The notes: generated from the letters alone by a model not told the origin. 64,000 nucleotides of DNA from Variovorax sp. (GCA_004210915.1 SEGS01000026.1:4703-68702), one strand, 5' to 3'. Counted from the stretch's first letter, positions 1-10,690 are shown. Translations and numbers: made by a program.

Positions 1-133
1 GCAAGGTGGTGGCGAACTGTTCACGCAAACCGTTGCGAACCTGCTTCTCCACGAGCTGGGTGCAGGTCAGCAGCCGCAGCCACAGCCGCAGCTCTTCCGG
101 ATGTTCGCTGTGGGCGCGGGCTTCGAGGTCCAT
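1..133 (-). CDS. MarR-family transcriptional regulator, N-terminal part (truncated by window edge)
   Basis: Not in the ORF track. ATG at 133 reads MDLEARAHSEHPEELRLWLRLLTCTQLVEKQVRNGLREQFATTL, a MarR-type N-terminus, starting 2 nt after the stop of the upstream monooxygenase. Confidence 0.75.
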   Translation of the reverse strand, partial: MDLEARAHSEHPEELRLWLRLLTCTQLVEKQVRNGLREQFATTL

Positions 134-135
134 GG

Positions 136-2514
136 TCACTCGATCGTGGGCACTTTGACGGCAGCAGTGGCTGTCGCGGCAGGCGCTGCGATGGCTTGCT
201 GCTTGGCAATCTCGCGGTACATCTGGTCGCGACCGCTGAGGTACTGCTTCGGCCAATCGACCGCGCGGCTCTGCAACTTGGCCGCTTCGTGCAGCGTCCA
301 GGCTGGGTCGGCCAGGTGCGGGCGTGCCACGGCGCACAGGTCGGCGCGGCCGGCCGCGATGATGCTGTTGGCCTGGTCGGCGTCGGTGATCGCGCCGACA
401 GCGATGGTCGCGATGCCGACCTCATTGCGGATGCGGTCGGAAAACGGCGTCTGGTACATGCGTCCGTAGACCGGTTGCGCCGCGCGCGTGGTCTGGCCCG
501 ACGAAACGTCGATCACGTCGGCGCCCGCGGCCTTGAAGGCTCGGGCCATCGCGATCGCATCGTCGGCCGTGTTGCCGCCCGGCGCCCAGTCGTGCGCGGA
601 GATGCGCACGCTCATCGGGCGCTCGGCGGGCCATGCGGCGCGCATCGCGGCAAACACTTCGAGCGGGTAGCGCAAGCGGTTGGCGAGTGCGCCGCCGTAG
701 TCGTCGTCGCGCTGGTTCGTGAGCGGGCTCAGGAAGGCCGAGAGAAGGTAGCCGTGTGCGCAGTGCAGCTCCAGCCAGTCGAAGCCGGCTTTGGAAGCGC
801 GTACCGTCGCGGCGACGAAGGCGTCGCGCATCGCATCCATGTCGACGCGCGTCATTGCGGCCGGCAGCTGGTTTTGCTCGCCGTAGGCGAGGGCGCTGGC
901 GGCGAGCAGCGGCCAGTTGCCGCTCGGCAGCGGTTCGTCCGTGCCTTCCCAGCCCACTTGCGTCGAGCCCTTCGGCCCGCTGTGGCCGGTCTGAATGCCG
1001 ATCTTCGCGCTGCTTTGCGCATGCACGAAGTCGACGATGCGCTTGAACGCCGCGGCCTGCGCGTCGGTGTAGAGGCCGGTGCAGGCGGGCGTGATGCGAC
1101 CCTCGGGCGTCGGGCTCGTCATTTCGACCATCACCAGCGCGGCGCCGCCGAGCGCGCGTGCGCCCAGGTGCACCAGCAGGAAGTCTTGCGGCACGCCATC
1201 GACCGCGCTGTAGGTTGCCATCGGCGAGACGACGATGCGGTTCTTCAGCGTGAGCTCGCGCACCGTGAAGGGCATCAGCATCGGCGGGATCGCCTTTTTG
1301 CCACCGGCCAGCCATTGCTCGTAGCCGTCGAGCCAAGCCGCGTCGCGCAGGCGCAGGTTCTCGTGGCTGATGCGCTGCGAGCGCGTGAGCATCGAATAGG
1401 CGAACTGTTCGACGGGCATGCCGGCGTAGCGCTTCACGTTCTCGAACCACTCGGTCGAGTTGCGTGCCGCGTTCTGGATCTTGAGCACCTCGACACTGCG
1501 CGTCGCTTCGTAGTGCGTCAGCACGTCGTCGACGCTGCCGGGTTGCGCGAAGGAATTCGCCAGGTCGATCGCGTCTTCGAGCGCGAGCTTGGTGCCCGAG
1601 CCGATCGAGAAATGCGCGGTGTGCGCGGCGTCGCCCATCAGGACCACCGGCACGGTCTTGCCGGCGATGTCCACCCGGTGCACCCAGCGTTTGCAGATCA
1701 CGCGCGGAAAGCGGATCCAGTTGGCCGAGCCGCGCAGGTGCGTCGCGTTGCTGATGAGCGAATGGCCGCCGAGGTATTTGGCGAAGAGCTTTTCGCAGAA
1801 GGCGATGGCTTCGGGCTGCTCCATCGCGTCGAGCCCGTGCGCCTTCCACGTTTCCTCGAGCGTCTCCACGATGAAGGTCGAGGTGTCGTCGTCGAACTGG
1901 TAGGCGTGCGCCTGGAACCAGCCGTGCTCGGTCTCTTCGAAAGCGAAGGTGAAGGCGTCGAAGGTCTGGTGCGTGCCCAGCCACACGAAGCGGCATTTGC
2001 GCAGGTCGATGTCGGGTTCGAACACCTCGGCATAGCGCTGGCGGATGCGGCTGTTCAGGCCATCGCTCGCGATCACCAGGTCTGCGTTGTACTGCGCGGC
2101 GAGCGCCTGGTCGTCGGTGGCATCGCACTCGAAGACCAGGTTCACGCCCAGTGCGAGGCAACGCTCCTGCAGGATGTTGAGCAGGCGCTTGCGCCCCACA
2201 CCGCAAAAGCCATGGCCGCCCGAACGCACCTGGCCGCCCTTGACGAAAACCTGGATGTCGTCCCAGTGGTGGAAGGCATCGCCGATGAGCTGGGCGCTCT
2301 CGGCATCGGCCGCAGCCAGGTTGGCCAGCGTCTGGTCGCTGAGCACCACGCCCCACCCGAAGGTATCGAACGGGCGATTGCGTTCGACCACGGTGATTTC
2401 CAGTGCGGGCTGGCGCGCCTTCATCAACAGTGCGAAGTAGAGGCCCGCAGGGCCCCCGCCGATGCACAGGATGCGCTGGAGCCCGGGTCCTTCGACGGTC
2501 GTGAGGCTATTCAT
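136..2514 (-). CDS. Bifunctional salicylyl-CoA 5-hydroxylase / 2-aminobenzoyl-CoA monooxygenase-reductase family (FAD monooxygenase + OYE-like NADH:flavin oxidoreductase)
   Basis: N-terminal GGGPAG FAD motif and [22 protein letters not shown]; C-terminal OYE barrel with NRIVVSPM and [21 protein letters not shown]; start re-picked at MNSLTT (2514). Confidence 0.9.
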   Translation of the reverse strand: MNSLTTVEGPGLQRILCIGGGPAGLYFALLMKARQPALEITVVERNRPFDTFGWGVVLSDQTLANLAAADAESAQLIGDAFHHWDDIQVFVKGGQVRSGGHGFCGVGRKRLLNILQERCLALGVNLVFECDATDDQALAAQYNADLVIASDGLNSRIRQRYAEVFEPDIDLRKCRFVWLGTHQTFDAFTFAFEETEHGWFQAHAYQFDDDTSTFIVETLEETWKAHGLDAMEQPEAIAFCEKLFAKYLGGHSLISNATHLRGSANWIRFPRVICKRWVHRVDIAGKTVPVVLMGDAAHTAHFSIGSGTKLALEDAIDLANSFAQPGSVDDVLTHYEATRSVEVLKIQNAARNSTEWFENVKRYAGMPVEQFAYSMLTRSQRISHENLRLRDAAWLDGYEQWLAGGKKAIPPMLMPFTVRELTLKNRIVVSPMATYSAVDGVPQDFLLVHLGARALGGAALVMVEMTSPTPEGRITPACTGLYTDAQAAAFKRIVDFVHAQSSAKIGIQTGHSGPKGSTQVGWEGTDEPLPSGNWPLLAASALAYGEQNQLPAAMTRVDMDAMRDAFVAATVRASKAGFDWLELHCAHGYLLSAFLSPLTNQRDDDYGGALANRLRYPLEVFAAMRAAWPAERPMSVRISAHDWAPGGNTADDAIAMARAFKAAGADVIDVSSGQTTRAAQPVYGRMYQTPFSDRIRNEVGIATIAVGAITDADQANSIIAAGRADLCAVARPHLADPAWTLHEAAKLQSRAVDWPKQYLSGRDQMYREIAKQQAIAAPAATATAAVKVPTIE

Positions 2515-2523
2515 GATTGAATA

Positions 2524-2537
2524 GTTTAAGCATAAAC
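2524..2537. promoter_or_regulatory. Palindrome GTTTA-AGCA-TAAAC, candidate MarR operator
   Basis: AT-rich inverted repeat 9 nt upstream of the monooxygenase start, in a divergent intergenic region. Confidence 0.5.
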
Positions 2538-2647
2538 ATTTGGCTGTCAACGTGAATTCCCTGTAGCTTCCGGCAGTGATCGCGGGTATGCGGCGCCGTC
2601 TGACGGGTTCGCGCACGGCGGTTCGCAAGAATGACGCTGGAGTTGTC

Positions 2648-3913
2648 ATGCAGAGCTTGATACCGAAAATCGAGTCCCAACTGGCCGCGCTGCCTGTGCC
2701 TGTCGCCCTGGAGCTGCCCGACGGGCGCCGCGTGGCCCAACCCGGCTCGCGCGTCACCCTCGCGTTCAAGGAATGGTCGGCGCTGGCCCAGCTCGCCGGC
2801 CGGCAGATCGGTGCGCTCGGCGAGGCGTACGTCGAAGGACGCGTGCAGATCGAAGGCGCCATGCGCGATCTCATCGACATCGCAGCAGGCCTCTTGCCCG
2901 GCCATCCAGTGGAAACCGACACGGGCTGGTGGAGCCGGCTGCAGCGGCGCGCCAAGTCGCGCGGCTCCCACACCCTGGGCAGGGACGCGGCGCAGATCGA
3001 ATTCCACTACGACGTGTCCGACGATTTCTACGCGCTCTGGCTTGATCCGCGCCGCGTTTATTCCTGTGCCTACTACCGCGGCGCGGACCTGTCGCTGGCA
3101 GAGGCACAGGAGGCCAAGCTCGACCACATCTGTCGCAAGCTGATGCTGAAGCGCGGCGAGCGTTTCCTCGACATCGGTTGTGGATGGGGCGCATTGCTGC
3201 TCTGGGCCGCCGAGCACTATGGCGTCGACGCCACCGGCATCACCTTGTCGAAAAACCAGCATGCCCACGTGCAGCGGCTGATCGACGACAAGGGGCTGGG
3301 CGGCCGGGTGCGTGTGGAGCTGCGCGACTACCGCGAGCTCGATACCGCGCGGCCCTTCGACAAGGTGGCATCGGTCGGCATGTTCGAGCATGTCGGCACA
3401 GCCAACATGGCGACCTACTTTCGCACGCTGCACGACTTGCTGGCACCGGGCGGCCTGGCCATGAACCACGGCATCACCTCGGGCCGCATCGATCAGCAAC
3501 AGCTGGGCGCCGGCATGGGCGACTTCATCGAGAAGTACATTTTTCCGGGCGGCGAACTGCTGCACGTCTCGCAGGTGATGCGCGACATGGCGGGCGCGGG
3601 CCTGGAGCTGGTCGATGCAGAGAACCTGCGCCCGCACTACGCGCGCACGCTGTGGGCCTGGTCGGATGCGCTCGAGGCGCGGCTTGACGAAGCGCGCGGT
3701 GTGCTGCAGGCGAGCACGGGCGATGGCGATCGCGCAGGCCGGATCCTTCGGGCCTATCGCCTTTATCTGGCGGGATCGGCAATGAGTTTCGAGCAAGGCT
3801 GGATTTCCCTGCATCAGCTGCTGGCCACGCGGCCGGACGGCAATGTTCAGACCGGGTCGATGCGCGGCGCGCAATCGGTGTACCCTTTTGTCCGAGACTT
3901 CATCTACAAGTGA
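2648..3913 (+). CDS. Cyclopropane-fatty-acyl-phospholipid synthase family SAM methyltransferase
   Basis: [62 protein letters not shown] motifs. Confidence 0.9.
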   Translation: MQSLIPKIESQLAALPVPVALELPDGRRVAQPGSRVTLAFKEWSALAQLAGRQIGALGEAYVEGRVQIEGAMRDLIDIAAGLLPGHPVETDTGWWSRLQRRAKSRGSHTLGRDAAQIEFHYDVSDDFYALWLDPRRVYSCAYYRGADLSLAEAQEAKLDHICRKLMLKRGERFLDIGCGWGALLLWAAEHYGVDATGITLSKNQHAHVQRLIDDKGLGGRVRVELRDYRELDTARPFDKVASVGMFEHVGTANMATYFRTLHDLLAPGGLAMNHGITSGRIDQQQLGAGMGDFIEKYIFPGGELLHVSQVMRDMAGAGLELVDAENLRPHYARTLWAWSDALEARLDEARGVLQASTGDGDRAGRILRAYRLYLAGSAMSFEQGWISLHQLLATRPDGNVQTGSMRGAQSVYPFVRDFIYK

Positions 3914-3921
3914 CCACCACC

Positions 3922-4248
3922 ATGCTCTATCGCTTCAAATCACAAGCCACCGGCGACGTCGTCATGCTCGAGGCCAATGCCCGTCAATTGCTCGACATCA
4001 TCGGCAAGGCCGCCGGTCCCACGGGTATCGTGACGGTCGACCAGATCCCGGCTGCCGTGACCGCGCTCGAAACGGCCGTGCGCAACGATGCGGCGCAGAA
4101 CAAGCACAACCACGATGCGCTCAACGTCGAAGACCACGACGAGAAGGCAGTGCGCGAACACGTCGGCCTGCACCAGCGCGCCGCACCGCTGATCGAGATG
4201 CTCAAGCGCTCCGGCGCCGAAGGCAAAGACGTGGTCTGGGGCGTCTAG
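3922..4248 (+). CDS. DUF1840-like small protein
   Basis: MLYRFKSQATGDVVML...LLDIIGK and V.LHQRAAPLIEML pattern; directly downstream of the methyltransferase. Confidence 0.7.
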   Translation: MLYRFKSQATGDVVMLEANARQLLDIIGKAAGPTGIVTVDQIPAAVTALETAVRNDAAQNKHNHDALNVEDHDEKAVREHVGLHQRAAPLIEMLKRSGAEGKDVVWGV

Positions 4249-4266
4249 CCCCAAGAGCCCGCAGCG

Positions 4267-5283
4267 TCAGTCGACCTTCGCGCCCGACGCCTTCACTACC
4301 CTGGCCCACTTGACGTGCTCACGCGCGATCAGCTGGGTGAACTCGGCCGGCGTGTTGCCGCTGGGAATCGCGCCTTGTGCCAGCAGCTTCTCCTGCATGG
4401 CCGGCGTGCCGAGTGACTTCGCCACTTCCTGCTGGATGCGGTTGACGATGTCCGGCGGCGTGCCCGTGGGCGCGAGCAGGCCGAACCAGGAACTGGCCTC
4501 GTAGCCCTTGAGCGCCGGGCCACCGGCTTCTTCCACGGTCGGTACATCGGGGAGGGCCGGCGAACGCTTGGCGCTCGTCACGGCCAGCGGCTTGAGCTTG
4601 CCGGCCTTGATCTGCGCCATCGACGACGGCAGGTTGTCGAACATCAGGTCGGCCGTGCCGCCCACCAGATCGAGCAGCGCCGGCCCCGAGCCGCGGTAGG
4701 GGATGTGCGTCATGAAGGTGCCGGTCATGCTCTTGTACAGCTCGCCTGCCAGGTGGATCGAGGTGCCGCTGCCGCTCGATGCCATGTTGAGCTTGCCGGG
4801 ATTGGACTTCAGGTATTTCGTCAGGTCCGCCACGGTATTGATGTTGAGCTCGCGCGCGCGGTTGACGTTGAGTTCCAGCACGTTGGGCACGGCCGCCACC
4901 AGCGTCACCGGCACAAAATCCTTGATGGGGTCGAAGGGCAGCGAGGGATAGAGCGCGCGGTTGATGCCGTGCGTGCCGACCGTGCCCATCAGCAGCGTGT
5001 AGCCGTCGTTCGGCGCCTTCGCCACGATGTCCGTGCCGACATTGCCGCCGGCGCCGCCGCGGTTGTCGACGATGAATTGCTGGCCGAAGGCTTTCGACAA
5101 CTCGGGCGCGAGCGCACGCGCCAGGATGTCCGTGGTGCCGCCCGCGGCGAACGGCACCACGATCCGCACCGGCTTGGTGGGCCAGGCGCCTTGCGCCGCG
5201 GCCGGACCGGCGATCGCGACAAGTGCGGCGGCTGCGCATGCGGCGAGCGCGGTGCGCCGGTTGGGCATGAGGGATGGGGTCAT
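4267..5283 (-). CDS. Bug/TctC tripartite tricarboxylate transporter substrate-binding protein
   Basis: Signal peptide; [46 protein letters not shown]. Confidence 0.95.
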   Translation of the reverse strand: MTPSLMPNRRTALAACAAAALVAIAGPAAAQGAWPTKPVRIVVPFAAGGTTDILARALAPELSKAFGQQFIVDNRGGAGGNVGTDIVAKAPNDGYTLLMGTVGTHGINRALYPSLPFDPIKDFVPVTLVAAVPNVLELNVNRARELNINTVADLTKYLKSNPGKLNMASSGSGTSIHLAGELYKSMTGTFMTHIPYRGSGPALLDLVGGTADLMFDNLPSSMAQIKAGKLKPLAVTSAKRSPALPDVPTVEEAGGPALKGYEASSWFGLLAPTGTPPDIVNRIQQEVAKSLGTPAMQEKLLAQGAIPSGNTPAEFTQLIAREHVKWARVVKASGAKVD

Positions 5284-5411
5284 GAGGAAGTCTCCAGAAA
5301 AGCAGGGAAGGCATGGCCGCGAGCGCGCGACCTCGGCGTGACGATGTTTGTACAGGCGATGAATCGGTGCGTCGCGGGTAATAACCCCTTGGAACCCACT
5401 GACCAGCGGCT

Positions 5412-5840
5412 TCAGGCGCTCGTTCCCTCGGCGGCCGATGCGATGAGCTTGTCGAGCATGACTTCGAGCCGCGCACGCTCGCCCGCGTCGACCGCGGCGA
5501 AGAGTTCGGCTTCACGCAACGCCGCTTCGGCACCCACGATGGCGACCAGTGCCTTGCCGGCGGCGGTCAGGTAGAGGCGCTGGCAGCGCTGATCGGTCGG
5601 GTCGCCGTGGCCTTGCACGCGCCTGTGGCGCTTCAGGCCGGCGAACGCGCGGCTGACCGACATCTTGTCGAGACCGGTCAGCTCAGTCACCTGCGTGGCC
5701 GTGCTGCCCGGGTGCGCGGCCAGGACCGCCATCGCGCGCCATTCGTTGAGGGTGAGCTGGTGCGCGCGGCCCACCCGCTGCTGGAACGGGCGGGCGGTGA
5801 GGTTGACAACGCGCACGAGCTTGAAGAAGAGCGAATCCAT
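5412..5840 (-). CDS. MarR-family transcriptional regulator
   Basis: [37 protein letters not shown] winged-helix pattern. Confidence 0.85.
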   Translation of the reverse strand: MDSLFFKLVRVVNLTARPFQQRVGRAHQLTLNEWRAMAVLAAHPGSTATQVTELTGLDKMSVSRAFAGLKRHRRVQGHGDPTDQRCQRLYLTAAGKALVAIVGAEAALREAELFAAVDAGERARLEVMLDKLIASAAEGTSA

Positions 5841-5864
5841 CGACGCGCCAAAGCTCCTCGAGAT

Positions 5865-6827
5865 TCAGGCGACGAGCTTGCGCGCGGCCGCGACGATCTG
5901 GTCGGTGCTGACGCGCGATTGCGCTTCGAGTACCGCCGCATAGCCCACGGGGATGCGCGGTGCGCCGAGCCGTGCGACCTTGCAGCCCGTCGCCTCGGCG
6001 GCGGTGGCCGCGATCTCGGCGCCGAAGCCCGCGGCCTGCACGGCCTCGTGCACCACCAAGAGACGCTGCGTGCGGGCGCACGATGCCAGCACCGCGTCGC
6101 GATCCCAGGGCCAGAGCGTGCGCAGGTCGAGCAGGTCGACGGCGATGCCGTCGGCCGCGAGCGCCTCGCATGCGGCAGCGCACGCCTGCAGCTGCTTGCC
6201 CCAGCTCACCAGCGTCAAGGCATCGCCGTTGCGCAGCGGCGCGGCCTGGCCGAGCGTGACCGTCAGCGCCGTGTCGACCGGCCCGCGTACGCCCCACAGC
6301 GCCTTGTGCTCGATGTAGACCACCGGGTCGCCGCACGCGAGTGATGCGCGCAGCAGGCTGTAGTTGTCTTGCGGCGTCGAGGGGCTCACCACCACCACGC
6401 CCGGCAGGTGCGCGAACCAGGCTTCGAGCGATTGCGAATGCTGCGCTGCCGACGCGTCCCAGATGCCGCCGGGCATGCGCGCCACCAGCGGCACGCGCCC
6501 CTGGCCGCCGAACATGAAACGGTTCTTGGCCGCCTGGTTGACCAGCTCGTCCATGCCGCACAGCGCGAAGTCGACGACCCGCATCTCGACCACCGGCCGA
6601 AGTCCTGCGAGCGCCATGCCGACGCCCGCGCCCATGATCGCGGCCTCGCTGATCGGCGTGTCGATTACGCGGTCGGCACCGAAGCGTTGCTGCAGGCCTT
6701 TGTACTGGCCGAAGATGCCCCCGCGGCCGACGTCTTCGCCGAGCACGACCACGTTGGCGTCGGCTTCCATCGCGTGCTGCACCGCAAGCGCTGCGGCTTC
6801 GGCATAACTCAATTCGATCAACGCCAT
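5865..6827 (-). CDS. 2-oxoacid/acetoin dehydrogenase E1 beta subunit (transketolase-like)
   Basis: GEDVG, RVIDTPISEAAIMG, LRPVVE, AAQHSQSLEAWF, DLRTLWPWD; start re-picked at MALIELSY. Confidence 0.9.
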   Translation of the reverse strand: MALIELSYAEAAALAVQHAMEADANVVVLGEDVGRGGIFGQYKGLQQRFGADRVIDTPISEAAIMGAGVGMALAGLRPVVEMRVVDFALCGMDELVNQAAKNRFMFGGQGRVPLVARMPGGIWDASAAQHSQSLEAWFAHLPGVVVVSPSTPQDNYSLLRASLACGDPVVYIEHKALWGVRGPVDTALTVTLGQAAPLRNGDALTLVSWGKQLQACAAACEALAADGIAVDLLDLRTLWPWDRDAVLASCARTQRLLVVHEAVQAAGFGAEIAATAAEATGCKVARLGAPRIPVGYAAVLEAQSRVSTDQIVAAARKLVA

Positions 6828-7849
6828 TGGCCGGCTCCGGTGGTCTGCACGTCGGTGAAGGCGGCGCTGGCGTCGGGCCAGGGCGCTGCGTTGGCGGCTT
6901 TCAGTGCGGCCTCGACTTCGGTTTGTGCTTCGGCGTCGATCGTGTCGAGTTCCGCCGCGCTCACACCGGCCGCGAGGCACTGCGCACGCGCGTTGGCAAT
7001 CGGGTCGGTCTCGAGCGCCGCTGCCAATTCGGCCGGGTCGCGATAGGCCGCGGGGTCGACCGACACATGGCCCTTCACGCGATACGTCAGGGCGTGCAGC
7101 AGCCGCGGCCCGCCGCCACTGCGCACCTCGGCCACCAGTCGGCCCGCGGCGGCGTGCACCGCGAACACGTCGTTGCCATCGACCTGCGTGGCGGCGATGT
7201 CGAGGGCCTCGGCGCGCGCCGAGGCGCCGTCACCAGCCGTCATCGGGCCGCTCGCGGTGGTCGCGCTCCAGCGGTTGTCTTCGCAGACGAAGAGCACGGG
7301 AAGTTCGTAGACGCGTGCCCAATTCAGTGCTTCGAGGAACGGCCCGCGATTGATCGCGCCGTCGCCGAAGAAGCAGACGGTGATCGCATCCCGCTTCTGA
7401 ATTTTTTGCGCATGGGCCGCGCCCACCGCGATTGGCAACCCCGCCGCCACGACGCCATTCGCGCCCAGCATGCCGACCGAGAAGTCCGCGATGTGCATCG
7501 AGCCGCCCTTGCCGCCGTTGAAGCCGGTCGCCTTGCCGAAGAGCTCGGCCATCATTCGTGAGAGGTCGGCGCCCTTGGCCAGCGTGTGGCCGTGACCGCG
7601 GTGCGTGGAGGTCAGGTAGTCGGCAGGCCTGAGATGCGCGCAGACGCCGGCGGGCACCGCCTCCTGCCCCGTGGACAGGTGCAGCGGGCCGCGCACCATG
7701 GCCACGGCGGCGCCCGCGGCGGCCTGCTGGCCATAGGCGCTCACGCCGCCCTGGCTGGCCGTTTCGGCGGCATTTTCGAAAGCGCGTATCCGCACCATCG
7801 TGCGGTAGAGCGCCAAGGCGGCAGGGCGATCGGGAGGTGAATAGTGCAT
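6818..7849 (-). CDS. ThDP-dependent dehydrogenase E1 alpha subunit
   Basis: HLSTGQEA, STHRGHGH, GKGGSMH, GDGA...EALN...FVCEDN ThDP motif, TYRVKGH. Confidence 0.92.
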   Translation of the reverse strand: MHYSPPDRPAALALYRTMVRIRAFENAAETASQGGVSAYGQQAAAGAAVAMVRGPLHLSTGQEAVPAGVCAHLRPADYLTSTHRGHGHTLAKGADLSRMMAELFGKATGFNGGKGGSMHIADFSVGMLGANGVVAAGLPIAVGAAHAQKIQKRDAITVCFFGDGAINRGPFLEALNWARVYELPVLFVCEDNRWSATTASGPMTAGDGASARAEALDIAATQVDGNDVFAVHAAAGRLVAEVRSGGGPRLLHALTYRVKGHVSVDPAAYRDPAELAAALETDPIANARAQCLAAGVSAAELDTIDAEAQTEVEAALKAANAAPWPDASAAFTDVQTTGAGQWR

Positions 7850-7966
7850 GTCGACTCCGGCGCCCGTACAGCGGGCGCCAAGCCGAAAATCGTATCGTCG
7901 GTGACCATTGCGTGGCAGCGGGCTTACCCGGCCTCGGCGCCCGCGCGAATGCGCGGGGGGGCGGCC

Positions 7967-10690
7967 TCAGCGCGTCTTCAGGTCGATCTGCTGGCGCTGG
8001 TCGCGCAACGAGCTGCCCGAGCGGCTGAACATCCGCAACGGCTCGCGGGCCGTGTCGCGGTCGCGCGGCGTCGTGGCGGGCTGCGCCGTGCGGCTGCGTG
8101 CGGCGGCGCTTCGCGCGGTGCCGGTCGCGCCTGCAGCGGCGATGCGGCCGAAGGTGGCCAGCACGGTGCGCTCGTCGTCGTCGAAATCACCGTGGCGGCG
8201 TGCGGTCGATGCGTCGAGCGATCCGGCGGGCTCGGAGTTCGGCGCCATCACCAGATCGACGCCGAGCCTGGCCAGGCGGGCGCGCAGCGCCGCGTCGTGC
8301 CAATGCACCATGCCCAGCAGCGGCGTCCCCCGGTGTGCGTGGCTGAAGGGAATTCGGATGTGTTCCTCGAACGCGTGCGACACCAGGTACAGCAGCGACT
8401 TGTTGTAGATGTGCGCGCAGTGGTCTTCCTGCTCGGCCTCGTCGTTCAGCACGAAGGCGGCCATCTTGCCGATCTGCTTTTTCTCGAGCGCCGGCTGGTA
8501 GTACTGGTCGAACAGCGCGACCGTGCAGGCAGGCGCCCACAGCGTGCAGGTGACGATCTTCAGGCCGCGTTCGGCCAGGAGCTGGACCAACGGCGCGCAG
8601 AAGATGGCGCCGGCGCTGTGGCCAACCAGATGGATCTCGAGGCCCGGCGTCTTCGCGGCCAGCGCCTGCAGGTGATCGGCCACCCGCACGGCCGCACCGT
8701 GGCCGGCGCTGGCGGCCATGGCGTTCTCCTTCATCTTGTCCCACGCGACCTTGCCCGTGAAGCTGCGCGCCAGCGGTTCGAGCGCATCGTCGAAGCGGTC
8801 GAGCATGAAGTCCTTGGCGGCATCGAGCGCACCTTCGGGCCGCCGGCGGCGCACGGCGTCCTGCAGGATGTTGGTCAGCGTGGTCCAGTAATCGGTGCGC
8901 CAGATGAAGGCCAGCGGGTAGACCTCGCCGTCGAGCAGGCGCGGCCGGTATTCCGCCAGGCGCTGCACCGCCGCCTGTTCGCTCACGAGTCCGCCGTGCG
9001 CGTACAGCAGCACACGCGGCCGCGCCCAGCCGGCGGTGACGCGCGGGATGTCGTCCTCGAAGACCTGCGCCAGTTCGGCCGGCGTGCTGCCGTAGTCGCC
9101 ACCGGCTTTCAATTCGCCACCGTTGCCCACGCTCACGATGTGCGGGCGCAGGTCGGCGAAGGCGTAGGCCATCGACTGCGCGGCAGTCGGTGCGTGCGCG
9201 GTGGCCGCCGATTCGGCCCGGCGCAACTGCACCGGCGCGCCCAGCCGCGCCACCCAGGCGTCCGTGCCGTTGCGCAGCCAGTCGTCGTAGCTCACGCGCG
9301 CGAAGCCGGCGCGGCCCCAGCCCGGGCCCCAGGAGTTCTGGAGCCAGAAGCCCTCTTCGTCGTAGGCGACGATGGCGAAGGCGTGGCCGCCCTTGATGGC
9401 ATCCGACGGCATGATGACGCCGTCCGGCCCCACCTCCATCCAGCCCTGGTGCACGGTGCAGGTGGTGTACAGGATGCCGACCTCGGCGATGGCCGAATGC
9501 ATCGCGACCAGATCCTTGTGGTTGACGCGGAAATAGGCACCCAGCGGACGCCGGAGTGCATCGAGCGTGCGCGCTTCGGTCAGGCCGGTCGGGTCGGACT
9601 TGCGCGCCTTGTAGGGGTGCTTCTTCTCCGTGCACACGCCGTGCTTGTGCCACCCTTTCATGGCGCCGCGCGCGCTGGAGCCGGCGTAGTCCTCGCCCGG
9701 CCATTCGTCGTAGCGGCGCGCCAGTTCATACAGCATGCGCGGGCTGACCGGCGCCGCGTCGGGCACCACGCGGCGCCGCAACAGCAGGTAGTTGGCAACG
9801 GTCGCCAGCCCGAAGCCGGTGCACGCGCCTTCGGTGCCCTGATCGAGCACCGGTACGCCATGTTCGAGGTAATCGCCCAGCGGGATGTGCGTCGGCACCT
9901 CGATCAGCGTGGGCGTGTACATGCGGTCGCGGAAGTCGAGGGTGTCCGGGCGCGCGTTCAACACGCGTTCCGGCGTCGTGGGCACCTTGGCGGCCTTTGC
10001 GGTGGCCTTGCCCTTGCGGACGACAGGGCGTGCAGCGGATGCGTCGGCCACCGCATCGGTGTGTTCGGCGCCTCGCGCAAACCCCGGGCGCGACCGGGTG
10101 CGCCCGGCCGCTGGCGCCGGTACGGCGGTCTGTGCGGGAAAGGCATCGGCCAGCACCTCCAGCGCACGCCGATAGAAGCGCTCGCGGTCGGCCGCGCCGT
10201 TCTGGCCGCCATTGATGCGCCGCGTGATGCCCTTGAAATCGCCGGCATCGGCCAGCGCGTTGAGCGCGTTCTTCGTCCAGTACAGGCCGGCCGTTTCGAA
10301 GCCGACCTCGGGCGTCGCGGCGAGCTCCGGCTGGGCGACCAGATCGATGCCCAGCAGGTCGCCGTAGATTTTGTAGTTGTGGCGGCCCGTCACCTGGATC
10401 GGGCCGCGCCCCTTGTAGCGCTTGCCGTCGCCGGGCTGCGTGTTGCCCAGCCGGCGCGCCAGGTCGGCCGGTGGCTCGTAGCGCCGCTGCGCGTCGGTCG
10501 GCCCCCAGATTTCTTCCATGAACTGGAACTCGCCCGACTCGTGCGCGAGCTGCGCGATGAACGCGGCGGTACGCAGCAAACCGTCGATCTGGTGGCGCGC
10601 CATGGCCGCATTGAGCGGCGCAAGGAACAGGGCGCGCTTGCGCTGGGAGGCGTTGCGCAGAATCTGCGCGAGTTGCAGGTCGGTCAGCAT
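7967..10690 (-). CDS. Three-domain fusion: GH19 (lysozyme/chitinase-like) + papain-like C1 cysteine peptidase + alpha/beta hydrolase
   Basis: GH19: FIAQLAHESG, LGNTQPGDGKRYKGRGPIQVTGRHNY, ITRRINGGQNG..DR. C1: DQG.EGACTGF, GGHAF, QNSWG. Hydrolase: HGG, GHSAG, HGDF. Start could also be 10723 or further upstream. Confidence 0.85.
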   Translation of the reverse strand: MLTDLQLAQILRNASQRKRALFLAPLNAAMARHQIDGLLRTAAFIAQLAHESGEFQFMEEIWGPTDAQRRYEPPADLARRLGNTQPGDGKRYKGRGPIQVTGRHNYKIYGDLLGIDLVAQPELAATPEVGFETAGLYWTKNALNALADAGDFKGITRRINGGQNGAADRERFYRRALEVLADAFPAQTAVPAPAAGRTRSRPGFARGAEHTDAVADASAARPVVRKGKATAKAAKVPTTPERVLNARPDTLDFRDRMYTPTLIEVPTHIPLGDYLEHGVPVLDQGTEGACTGFGLATVANYLLLRRRVVPDAAPVSPRMLYELARRYDEWPGEDYAGSSARGAMKGWHKHGVCTEKKHPYKARKSDPTGLTEARTLDALRRPLGAYFRVNHKDLVAMHSAIAEVGILYTTCTVHQGWMEVGPDGVIMPSDAIKGGHAFAIVAYDEEGFWLQNSWGPGWGRAGFARVSYDDWLRNGTDAWVARLGAPVQLRRAESAATAHAPTAAQSMAYAFADLRPHIVSVGNGGELKAGGDYGSTPAELAQVFEDDIPRVTAGWARPRVLLYAHGGLVSEQAAVQRLAEYRPRLLDGEVYPLAFIWRTDYWTTLTNILQDAVRRRRPEGALDAAKDFMLDRFDDALEPLARSFTGKVAWDKMKENAMAASAGHGAAVRVADHLQALAAKTPGLEIHLVGHSAGAIFCAPLVQLLAERGLKIVTCTLWAPACTVALFDQYYQPALEKKQIGKMAAFVLNDEAEQEDHCAHIYNKSLLYLVSHAFEEHIRIPFSHAHRGTPLLGMVHWHDAALRARLARLGVDLVMAPNSEPAGSLDASTARRHGDFDDDERTVLATFGRIAAAGATGTARSAAARSRTAQPATTPRDRDTAREPLRMFSRSGSSLRDQRQQIDLKTR

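Noticed and set aside
196-2520. 774-aa plus-strand ORF, and similar long antisense or alternative-frame ORFs (7844-10897, 19476-21464, 25662-27515, 30070-33210, 50737-53148 and others)
   Set aside because: They shadow well-supported genes, have Arg/Ala/Gly-rich motif-free translations, and are expected at this GC content
7859-7879. GGCGCCCG-N5-CGGGCGCC hairpin just before the E1 alpha SD
   Set aside because: Single GC-only stem, expected by chance at this composition; loop unrelated to the GUUGA motif
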